From assembly GCA_034421295.1 (NCBI GenBank), contig DAOUKM010000003.1, positions 130,709-194,708 on the forward strand: a stretch of 64,000 nt of DNA, read 5' to 3'. How positions within the stretch are numbered: position 1 is the first letter of the stretch; the number at the start of each line of letters is the position of its first letter. The position numbers and the translations under genes were made by a program. The notes below the pieces were generated by a model, which saw nothing but the letters and a program-made list of their open reading frames with translations, was not told the origin of the DNA and did no database searches. The DNA is from Dehalococcoidia bacterium. GTDB taxonomy: Bacteria > Chloroflexota > Dehalococcoidia > Lucifugimonadales > UBA2962. This document shows, piece after piece, positions 56,333 through 64,000 of the stretch.

Positions 56333-56975
56333 CGATCATACCTCCGCACACTAGCGAGTCCGAGACGACCCGCGCTGCCCTTGAGCACTTCGTAATTCGA
56401 CCTTTCGGAGAGAGTATCCTCCTAATCAGCCTGCATCAGGGTAGCATCCAAGAGGCGGGTGCACCGAGAAGCCGACTCCTGCGGGAAGGAGCCGACAGTG
56501 AAGGCCCTGCGTACATTCGTACCGATGGAGTCGATCTCCCTCGGCCTGGCGTTCGGGAAGATCGCCTTTCGGCCGGTGTTCCCTGTGCCCGCGTGGGGGG
56601 GTGAGCATCCCCGAATCGGCGGCTGCATCGTAGACCCGCCGACATGCCGGCAAGGTCGAGCGACTCTGCCAGGCCAATCCCGTATTGCATCCGGATGGTC
56701 CTGGGTGTCGAACTGAGGGGTTGTCGTTCGAGTCGCAGACCCCGAATGGCCGACCCACTCTTGAGTATCCTGCGTCTCGCTCCTGCGCCCGGTACAGGCC
56801 TCGGTCACTGACGGCGGGCCACAGGTGATCGCGCAAGGAACTTTTCAGCGCCTGATCTCAATTTGGTATCGGAGCTCATGGCGCCGGTAGCAGACCGGCG
56901 GAGAGGAAGAATTCCACGGGGCGGGGGCTGACTATCGTCCGGCACAGGAACGCGGGGGACGGCCTCTGGGATCGG

Positions 56976-57635
56976 CTAGAAGGTCGTGGCGTCCTTGCCC
57001 ACCCACTTGAGAATCAGGTCGTTCAGAAAGCCGTCCGCCTTCATCGCCGCGAGGGCCGCGTTGAGCTTATCCCGCAGGTCCCCGCTACTCTCGCGCACAC
57101 CCATGCCGATGCCTTCATCCAGCGGCACCGATGGCCCGACGATGGCCAGGAGCCCCTCGTATTGGGCGAGCTTTTCCACTGCGTAGGCGTGGTCGACCAG
57201 GCTCGCGTCAATCTCGCCGTTCAGAAGCGCTTCCAGGCGGTCGTCTTCGCTGTCGAACTCGACGTAAGGGATGCCCTGTTCCGTGAAGTAGTCCGAGTAG
57301 ATCGTGTTGGCGTAGGCACCGAGACGCCCCAGAATGGCCTCGTCGCCCGCGCCGGCCAGAGCGAGATAGACGGAGGGCGTGGGCGGGTAGTACGGCTCGG
57401 TGAAGTCAATGGTCTCGTCGCGCCCGGCTGTGATGCTCATCCCGGCGATGATGACGTCGAACTCATCGGCCACCAGGTTAGGGATCAAGCTCTCCCAGTC
57501 GTTGAGTACCCACTCGCAGTCGAGCTCAGCCCGGCGGCAGATCTCGTCGCCGATCTCCCGCTCCAGGCCGTCGATCTCGCCGTCGTCGTTGACGAAATTG
57601 AAGGGATGGTAGCTGCCCTCCGTGGCCAGCAGCAC
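56976..57635 (-). CDS. polar amino-acid ABC transporter substrate-binding protein (family 3); N-terminus probably extends to about 57731
   Basis: The SBP_bac_3 body has EGSYHPFNF, DVIIAGMSIT and DFTEPYY. The frame stays open upstream and encodes a lipoprotein signal (RPALAATTLALAAAAFACGGG). Only CTG (57731) or ATC is available there after a GAGGAGG SD. Confidence 0.8.
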   Translation of the reverse strand: MLLATEGSYHPFNFVNDDGEIDGLEREIGDEICRRAELDCEWVLNDWESLIPNLVADEFDVIIAGMSITAGRDETIDFTEPYYPPTPSVYLALAGAGDEAILGRLGAYANTIYSDYFTEQGIPYVEFDSEDDRLEALLNGEIDASLVDHAYAVEKLAQYEGLLAIVGPSVPLDEGIGMGVRESSGDLRDKLNAALAAMKADGFLNDLILKWVGKDATTF

Positions 57636-57972
57636 CGACTCCGGTCCGCCGCCGCACGCAAAGGCGGCTGCCGCCAGAGCCAGGGTGGTGGCTGCAAGTG
57701 CCGGGCGCAGCGGCCACGTGAAGATCCTCAGGGAAGGTGCCTCCTCGTCACAGCTTCTATCAGATCATTCAAACCCATATCGCGCGTTGGCGGCAACCTT
57801 GCGTTGGAACAGTGGACCAGTTGCCGCGACGGGGCGGACGCAACTTGTCAGATCGAGGTTGGTGGTGCAGGTGCCCACCCTTTCAGCGCCTTGTTCAGGG
57901 CGACCCCGGCTCCCTGGGTCTCGATGTCATGGTCCCTGAGGATCCTTGAAATCCTGTCATCGTCGGCCGGCA

Positions 57973-59085
57973 TCAAGGCCCGGAAGAATGGCCGAGCTGC
58001 TCCATCTCCATGAGGGCCTCCTTGCGTGACAGCCCCCAGCGGTAGCCGCCTAGGCCACCGTCCTTACGTACGGCGCGGTGACAAGGGACGATGAGGGCCA
58101 ACGGGTTGGCGGCGCAGGCCTGGCCCACCGCGCGACTGGCTGTGGGCCGGCCCAGTTCCTCGGCCAGTTGCTGATAGGTGCGTGTCTCGCCGGCAGGAAT
58201 GGCCTGCAGTTTTCGCCAGACCTTCCACTGGAAGATGGTGGCACGCACGTCCACGGGTAGGTCAACGTCCAGTCGATCACCATCTAGGTATTCCATAATT
58301 GCGCTGGCCCAGCCCCATAATTTGTCGCATTCGCTGTCGTGGCCCTTGGCCCCATTGGGCCGAATGTCTGCCGCCGGAAACTCGCCGCTCAATTCAGCCG
58401 TCAACATTTCGGCATCGTCTCCAAGTTTGACAGTGCATACTCCGCTGGCGGTTCCTGCGACCAGCACCTTGCCTAACGCCGATCCGGCGACAACGTATCT
58501 GATGACGGCGCCTGCGCCACCCTTGCTGTAACTGGCCGGGGTCATGCCGAGCCGCTCCAAGGCGCTTTCGTAAGCACGGCTGGAGGAGCTGTAGCCTGCG
58601 TCATAGAGTGAATCAGTCACGTTCGCCCTGTCACGAAGCATGAGCTTGAACCGATTCAGCCTCTGTCCGCGGGCGTACTGCACAGGAGTTAGGCCAGTCT
58701 CCTTCTTGAAGGTGCGGCGCAGCGGACGAGTGCCAACTCCCGAAGCCTTGACGATATCTGCCAGTGAAGGCAATGCGCCGTGGGATTCGATATGTCCGTC
58801 AATGTACTCGCACACCCTCCAGACCAACTCCGCGGCTTCGCCGGGTCGATCAGGGCGACATCGCTTGCAGGCTCGGTAACCTGCCCTCAGGGCTTGTTCC
58901 GGCTTCGAGAAGAAAACCGCCTGAGATTGTCGGGGATTGCGGCTGGGGCAACTGGGTAAGCAGTAGACGCCGGTTGAGCGTACAGCGTAGACGAAGTGCC
59001 CGTCGAAGCTGGCGTCCCGTGTCAGCACCGCCTCCCACCTGTGCTGCGCATCCGTCCTCATTCGTTCCCTGTTCAGAGTGGTCAT
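57973..59085 (-). CDS. ada: bifunctional Ada: methylphosphotriester-DNA methyltransferase/AraC-type activator plus O6-methylguanine-DNA methyltransferase
   Basis: 370 aa. The N-terminal Ada zinc domain has FVYAVRSTGVYCLPSCPSR...CKRCRP. An AraC HTH lies in the middle. The C-terminal MGMT active site is IVPCHRAV. Confidence 0.9.
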   Translation of the reverse strand: MTTLNRERMRTDAQHRWEAVLTRDASFDGHFVYAVRSTGVYCLPSCPSRNPRQSQAVFFSKPEQALRAGYRACKRCRPDRPGEAAELVWRVCEYIDGHIESHGALPSLADIVKASGVGTRPLRRTFKKETGLTPVQYARGQRLNRFKLMLRDRANVTDSLYDAGYSSSSRAYESALERLGMTPASYSKGGAGAVIRYVVAGSALGKVLVAGTASGVCTVKLGDDAEMLTAELSGEFPAADIRPNGAKGHDSECDKLWGWASAIMEYLDGDRLDVDLPVDVRATIFQWKVWRKLQAIPAGETRTYQQLAEELGRPTASRAVGQACAANPLALIVPCHRAVRKDGGLGGYRWGLSRKEALMEMEQLGHSSGP

Positions 59086-59674
59086 TCGAGAGTAATCGAG
59101 TCAGGGGCCAGGTAGGGTAAGTGGCGAGTTTGCATACCGCCCAAAGCTTAGACGCTGCCCAGGTGCGAATCTATCCGGTTTCTGCATTCAAACCTTCGCT
59201 GCGTGCCCACTCGAACACCAGGAGTGATGCGGATCCTGGACTTTACCTCGGCCGGGGAGAGCAGCGACCAGCGCGATCCGGGGCTCTTGAATTCAGAACA
59301 TCATGGCCGCGAAAAGCGGGCCATTGGCGGCCGCAGGCAAAATTTACAAGTACTTCGTGACACCTTGTCCTCGGCCCCATGGAGCGGGTGGTGAACTGAC
59401 GGAAAGAGGTTCGCTGGCAGGCGCGTGATTGAGGGCCGTACACTTAACGCCCGAGTTGTGTGTTCTGGCGGATTGCCCTGCCAGCAGATACGTCGTCCAG
59501 CGCACTGGCCTTCCGGGCGGACGGGAGTTTGGCGAGCAGACCGATGCCCGGAGCGACAGACCCGACGACCGGTACGCAGCAGCAGGGAAGTCAGTTGACT
59601 CGCTGTAAAATCCAGTTATACGTTGAGACTCCGGAAGATAGTCAATACACCCGTACCCCAGGAGATGCCAGACA

Positions 59675-60430
59675 ATGGGAAACCCGGTAGTGCACTTTGA
59701 AATCGCCGGCCCGGATGGGCCTGCCCTGCGGCAGTTCTATCGCGATCTGTTCGGATGGAAGATTGAAGTGCAGGGCGAAGAAATGCACAACTACGGTCTG
59801 GTCTCCGCAAACGAGGGAGGCATCGGTGGCGGCCTGTTTCCCACGGCTGAGGGTACGCCGGTGCGCAGCTATGTCACCTTCTATGTGCAGGTTGACGACA
59901 TTCAGGTGGCGCTGGATAAGGCGGCCGGTATGGGCGGTAAGGCCGTCGTGTCACCTATGGAGATAGCGCCCGGCATGGGCTCGATCGCCATGTTCGAGGA
60001 CCCCGCTGGAAACACCATAGGCCTGTATTCGCTGCCGCCGGAGTGGGACGGACAGATGCCGCCCAAGGGGAATGGTCCGCCGGTGGTGCACTTCGAGTTG
60101 GGAGGCAGCGATGCGGCGAAGCTTGTCGAGTTCTATGCCGGATTGTTCGACTGGCAGGTCCATCTTCACCAGGAGACCAACTACCGCCTTGTCCAGCAGG
60201 AGCCCGGGGGGATTGGCGGGGGTATCTTCGAGCACGCAGAGGGCATGCCGCCCAACACTCCCTCCGTCGCCGTAATGGTCAGTGATCTGCAGGCCCACCT
60301 TGACAGGGCCGTGAGTCTGGGCGGCAGCGCGCTGATGCCTCCCACCGAGATTCCCGGCGGCTTCGGCTCGATGGCCATATTCTTTGACATCGCCGGCAAC
60401 CGCATTTCACTCTTCAGGTCTCCCGAGTAG
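59675..60430 (+). CDS. two-domain VOC (glyoxalase/bleomycin-resistance) family protein
   Basis: 251 aa with an internal duplication: VVHFEIAGPDGPALRQFYRDLFGW... and VVHFELGGSDAAKLVEFYAGLFDW..., each ending in G-x-x-A-x-F-x-D-x-x-GN-x-I-x-L. Confidence 0.85.
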   Translation: MGNPVVHFEIAGPDGPALRQFYRDLFGWKIEVQGEEMHNYGLVSANEGGIGGGLFPTAEGTPVRSYVTFYVQVDDIQVALDKAAGMGGKAVVSPMEIAPGMGSIAMFEDPAGNTIGLYSLPPEWDGQMPPKGNGPPVVHFELGGSDAAKLVEFYAGLFDWQVHLHQETNYRLVQQEPGGIGGGIFEHAEGMPPNTPSVAVMVSDLQAHLDRAVSLGGSALMPPTEIPGGFGSMAIFFDIAGNRISLFRSPE

Positions 60431-61027
60431 AGGCCGCGACGCCGGCCGGCCTGACACGCTAGACGGCGCATCGGGGTTCTCACAGGGTGGGTGGGCGGCC
60501 ATGCAGCGGCCCCACTTGCCATGACGGGCTGAAATTCGACCATAAGGCTCTCAATTTCTGCCCGGCCGGTCGGAGGTAAGTGGCACCGGTCCCGCTCACC
60601 TGGCGCTGAACGGACCTGCCCTATCGTCTACCTTCAGGCACTCATGTCACCGGGATGCCAATTACTACCGCGCCTGGTGAGACATAGAACGCTGGCGTTG
60701 AGGGTCAAATGGGGTGTGCAGGCAGCAGCTTTCTTTGGAAGTCAGAGGGAATGGACAGGGACCTGCTGTGAGCGGATTTCGTCGGTACACGTCTCGGAGA
60801 GGAAGGAGGGATAACGGTCATGGTTATGCCGACGCCAGCTTCGCTGGCGCGCTCTTCGGCGACGGGTAGTCGACGCGCGGCTCGCCAAAGAGATTAACTC
60901 CTGACAGATCCAAGAGCGGTGATCACGGTTCCGGCGCTTGCGTATCATGTGCTTTAACCCCACTCCCTAGAGGATTGTCAACTGTACGGCGAGCTGAGGA
61001 AAGTCTACGAGCATGAGGAGATAGAAG

Positions 61028-61267
61028 ATGACATTTAGGCACCGTATACGCTACTACCTGATGATCTATGTGCCGCTTCTCTTTGCCGGTATGGGGGTGT
61101 CGCTGTACCACCTATTCTCCGGTGGTATCGGCGGGCGCGAGTCGCTAGTGACCTACTATTTGTTCTTCTCCATGATGGCCTATGTGGCAGTGGGCTCGAT
61201 GGGGATTGCTGTAGCGATATTTGAAGTGGCTAATTTCCTGCTGAAGATCGGATCGAGAGAGCATTGA
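61028..61267 (+). CDS. small hypothetical membrane protein
   Basis: 79 aa with two clear hydrophobic helices. It lies in a lower-GC island, with GAGGAG upstream of the ATG. No family is recognised. Confidence 0.35.
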   Translation: MTFRHRIRYYLMIYVPLLFAGMGVSLYHLFSGGIGGRESLVTYYLFFSMMAYVAVGSMGIAVAIFEVANFLLKIGSREH

Positions 61268-62140
61268 GCGACGAAGTTGTCCATGAAAGGAGTTCCGGTT
61301 TTCGATAGACGATTACCTGGCTATGCGTGTAGGGAGGGGCGAAGAGCCCTATAAGACCTTCTCTGGGGAAATAGCTCTCAGGACGAGTCCCGAGTTCACC
61401 GGGCGGCCGCAACGAACGCACAGGCTGAGGGTAAGAGCCTAAACGCATGGCTGTCCGACACCACAGAACCATCAGCTGGCCGGGCTACCCGAAGGTAACG
61501 GATCCCCGCCTGCCGACCACTCTTTCGAACCGGAGGGTAGTCATCTTCCAGGGTGCAAATGGTGAAATGTCCTCAAAAGCCGAGTTCCCTATCGGACCCC
61601 ATGGCGTTGCCATTCCAGGGACCGCGGACTGTTCCAGCATTCCGGCGGTGTCCGCCGTAAACGCCGTCACTGGCGGACACGGGAGGAGAAACGCAAAAGG
61701 CGTCCACACATGGATGCTTGGCCCTGCCATCCAATCCAGTCACCTGACAGACCAGAGTTGATCTCCCTCGAAAGCGTGTCGGCGAGCCGACAGTAGGTCT
61801 CCTCCTCATCCGTCGTTCCTTCGGCCGCCAGTTCAGCACTGCGCATCCTGGCAAAATGGATTGCCTGTCTCTTGCAGCGGTTGCACACCGCCGGGAGCGA
61901 CAGATCGCGCTTCCTGCGCTCCGGGTAGTCCTGCACCGTAGTCAGGGCGAGGGCGGACGCGTCGGCTCATCAGAGGGCCTTATCCATCGGTGATGGTTAG
62001 ACCTCCGTGGCAGTGTGAACTAGCATGGGTTCGGGTGGATCCATTGATGGCCCCAAAAGCGTCGCCAATGGTCCGATTCTCCGGTCATGCATTCACCTCT
62101 CAGAGAGTCATCGAGGTCGTGATCGTTCAGGAACGGGTAG

Positions 62141-63568
62141 TTGGATAAGCAGGAGATCATTCAACTTTCCGCGATCGAACTGGGTGGACTCCTCCGCCGG
62201 CGCGAGGTCTCGTCGGTCGAGGTGACGAGAGCTCACCTGGACCGCATCGAGAGCGTGGAACCCAGGCTGAATGCCTTTGTCACCGTGCTTGACCATCAGG
62301 CACTGGAGTGGTCACGACGTGCGGACAGGGAACTCGGCAGCGGCACAATTCGATCACCTCTTCACGGCGTCCCCGTGGCGATCAAGGACCAGATTTACAT
62401 GTCGGGCGTCCGGACCACGGGTGGTTCTGCCCTCTGGGCGGATTTTGTCCCGGCCGAGGATGCCACGGTGGTTCGCAACCTCAAACGGGCGGGCGCGATC
62501 ATAGTCGGCAAGACCTCCATGTCCGAACTCGCCTTCGGTAACCTAGCGACATCGTCATCCGGGTTGACGCGCAACCCCTGGGATCTCACGCGCACGCCGG
62601 GGGTCTCCAGTGCGGGATCCGGAGCAGCTACGGCCGCTCTGATGTGTCCCACTTCGCTCGGTGCCGATACCGGCGGATCAATCAGGAATCCTTCGGCCAA
62701 CTGCGGACTCACCGGCCTTCGTCCATCGTGGGGCAGGGTAAGCAGATATGGTCTCATCGGCGCATCCAGATTCATGGACACCATTGGCCCAATTGCCCGT
62801 ACTGCCGCGGACTGTGCGGCGACCATTGGCGTGCTCGCCGGTCACGATCCCCGGGACCCCCACTCGTGGAATGCTCCCGTCCCGGACTACCCTGCGTCGC
62901 TGACTGGAGACATAGCGGGGGTGAGGATTGGCCTGGTGCGAGAAATGCTGGAGCCTGAAGGGTCGGGCGCCGGTGCTGAAGTGCTGGACGGCATTGTCGC
63001 GGCGACAAGGGTGTTCTCAGACCTTGGCGCAGAGATAAGTGAGATCTCCCTCCCTCTGGCAAAGTACGCTGGATTCGCAAGTCACGTGATCATCGCCGTG
63101 GAATGCGCCGGCCTGGTGTCAAGCTGGCTACGTGATCGGGCAGGCGACTTTGATCCATATAACAGGGTGCAACTTCTGGCGGCTGAACTGACGCCCGCGA
63201 GCGTCTACTGTACTGCGCAGAAGCTGCAGTCAATGATCCGGGCACAGACGCTGGATGCCCTTAGGGAGGTCGACGTGCTGTTGACGCCGGTGATGGCGAC
63301 TGCCGCCGCCAAACTGGAACCCAGGCCATCGTTCGACGGTGAACGGGAGGCGGCCGCAGAGCTGATGAGCGACAACTTCAGGGCGCTGTTCAGCCTGGTG
63401 GGCGGCCCGGCGCTGTCGGTCTGCTGCGGTTTCGGGAACCATGGAGGGGTGGATTTGCCACTGGCCATGCAGATTGCAGGTAGGCCGGGCGATGAGTCGA
63501 TGGTCCTGAGGGTGGCGGACGCCTACCAGCGGTCTACCCCGTGGCACCTTCGGAGACCGCCCATTTAG
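62141..63568 (+). CDS. amidase-signature (GatA/AtzE-like) amidase
   Basis: 475 aa with a TTG start. The catalytic Lys is in AIKDQ. The amidase-signature (AS) stretch is GVSSAGSGAATAA...GADTGGSIRNPSANCGLTGLRPS. Confidence 0.9.
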   Translation: MDKQEIIQLSAIELGGLLRRREVSSVEVTRAHLDRIESVEPRLNAFVTVLDHQALEWSRRADRELGSGTIRSPLHGVPVAIKDQIYMSGVRTTGGSALWADFVPAEDATVVRNLKRAGAIIVGKTSMSELAFGNLATSSSGLTRNPWDLTRTPGVSSAGSGAATAALMCPTSLGADTGGSIRNPSANCGLTGLRPSWGRVSRYGLIGASRFMDTIGPIARTAADCAATIGVLAGHDPRDPHSWNAPVPDYPASLTGDIAGVRIGLVREMLEPEGSGAGAEVLDGIVAATRVFSDLGAEISEISLPLAKYAGFASHVIIAVECAGLVSSWLRDRAGDFDPYNRVQLLAAELTPASVYCTAQKLQSMIRAQTLDALREVDVLLTPVMATAAAKLEPRPSFDGEREAAAELMSDNFRALFSLVGGPALSVCCGFGNHGGVDLPLAMQIAGRPGDESMVLRVADAYQRSTPWHLRRPPI

Positions 63569-63624
63569 GAAGGGAGCATCCTGGCCGTTGACGGTTATCC
63601 AAAAGCGTAGGGTTTTGGCTGGAG

Positions 63625-63849
63625 GTGGAGAGTTGCCAGTTGAATAGGCTGACAAAGAGAGAGTTCGTATCCATCGTCGACGCAGCCAACCTGAACATCC
63701 CTGAACCGGAATTGACTCAGGTCTGGTACAGCCTCAACGCCGTTCTGGCGGCGGCCGAAGATATCGATTCTCTTGAGTTGGACACGCCTCAATTTCCTCT
63801 GCTGTCCGAAAACGCAAGAAATACCACAGATGCGGATTCGGGCGGTTGA
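63625..63849 (+). CDS. small GatC/AtzG-like protein downstream of the amidase
   Basis: 74 aa with a GTG start. LTKREFVSIVDAANLNIPEPELTQVWYSLNAVLAAAEDIDSLELD follows the GatC/DUF4089 helical pattern. The assignment is weak. Confidence 0.35.
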   Translation: MESCQLNRLTKREFVSIVDAANLNIPEPELTQVWYSLNAVLAAAEDIDSLELDTPQFPLLSENARNTTDADSGG

Positions 63850-63876
63850 GGATGCTGTCATGAGGCATCCTCAACC
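63844..63876. terminator. hairpin between convergent genes (possible bidirectional terminator)
   Basis: A perfect 12-bp stem pairs ggttgaggatgc (63844-63855) with gcatcctcaacc (63865-63876), with a 9-nt loop. It overlaps the TGA of the small ORF. No U-tract is present. Confidence 0.4.
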
Positions 63877-63888
63877 GCGTGTTGAGTC

Positions 63889-64000
63889 CTAGCCCACCGC
63901 TCCGTCCAACTTCGCCGTTCGCTCTTGCTCAGGAGTCAGCGCCCACTCGAACAGCGGCGCCGTCTGGAGCGGCTGTGCCAGATGGTAGAGACGACGGATC
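63889..64000 (-). CDS. 3' end of an unidentified gene (start outside window)
   Basis: The minus-strand frame is open from the window edge: IRRLYHLAQPLQTAPLFEWALTPEQERTAKLDGAVG*, stop at 63889-63891. Confidence 0.35.
   Translation of the reverse strand, partial: IRRLYHLAQPLQTAPLFEWALTPEQERTAKLDGAVG

Noticed and set aside
59086-59200. Ada-box operator upstream of ada
   Set aside because: I looked for AAT-N6-GCAA / AAAGCGCA-type boxes and found only loose partial matches (AATGCAGAAA, ATGCAAACT). That is not enough to call a site.
60985-61010. GAGGAAAGTC 10-mer resembling the RNase P RNA P4 strand, with ACAGAAC and GGGTAAGAGC-like strings near 61420-61470
   Set aside because: The canonical continuation (GAGGAAAGUCCGGGC) is absent. 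The intervening sequence is a lower-GC segment encoding a plausible small membrane protein. The other matches are short and out of order for RNase P.
61667-61936. 89-aa minus-strand ORF (DYPERRKRDLSLPAVCNRCKRQAIHFARM...)
   Set aside because: The composition is protein-like over about 55 aa. There is no recognisable family and no RBS, the start is GTG, and competing ORFs overlap it. It is left unannotated and could be a small real gene or a gene fragment.

Overview
GC-rich bacterial chromosomal window, probably from an uncultivated organism. The phylum cannot be assigned from sequence alone. It is densely coding and carries the usual antisense shadow ORFs of high-GC DNA. I found no rRNA, tRNA, CRISPR array or intact transposase or integrase.

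Housekeeping and transport genes:
- pncB-type nicotinate phosphoribosyltransferase and thiL
- an AapJQMP-like amino-acid ABC transporter
- beta-carbonic anhydrase, a class-III aminotransferase and an FMN reductase
- ada, a VOC protein and an amidase

Signalling genes:
- a co-directional minus-strand array of STAS, receiver-PP2C, RsbW-like kinase, solute-binding protein and HAMP histidine kinase
- this array is followed by a circularly permuted ATP-grasp gene, an ammonium transporter and an alpha-E domain gene
- a separate response regulator, GAF histidine kinase, response regulator triad

Lipid-related accessory content:
- an MMPL exporter coupled to an MpaB/DUF2236 oxygenase
- a stand-alone GPP34/GOLPH3-like protein next to an acyl-AMP ligase-ACP-PlsC fusion

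Most interesting locus (44.3-54.0 kb). It contains an HpnN/MMPL-like RND exporter translationally linked to a sterol-24-C-methyltransferase-family enzyme. Next come two tandem paralogs of a GPP34(GOLPH3-like)-cytochrome P450 fusion whose I-helix lacks the acid-alcohol pair. A decayed RND gene relic between the paralogs documents a segmental duplication. A divergent Rieske non-heme-iron oxygenase closes the locus. I read this as a candidate polycyclic-lipid (sterol- or hopanoid-like) tailoring and trafficking island built around a domain fusion I do not recognise as described.

Second highlight. A TlpA/redoxin-like lipoprotein gene is split by an in-frame TGA exactly at the first Cys of its WCxxC motif. 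A SECIS-like hairpin follows at the right distance, making it a selenoprotein candidate.

Signs of decay:
- a roughly 2 kb non-coding stretch holding a PAPS-reductase-like remnant
- a frameshifted DUF4389 gene
- a 3'-truncated DUF429 gene
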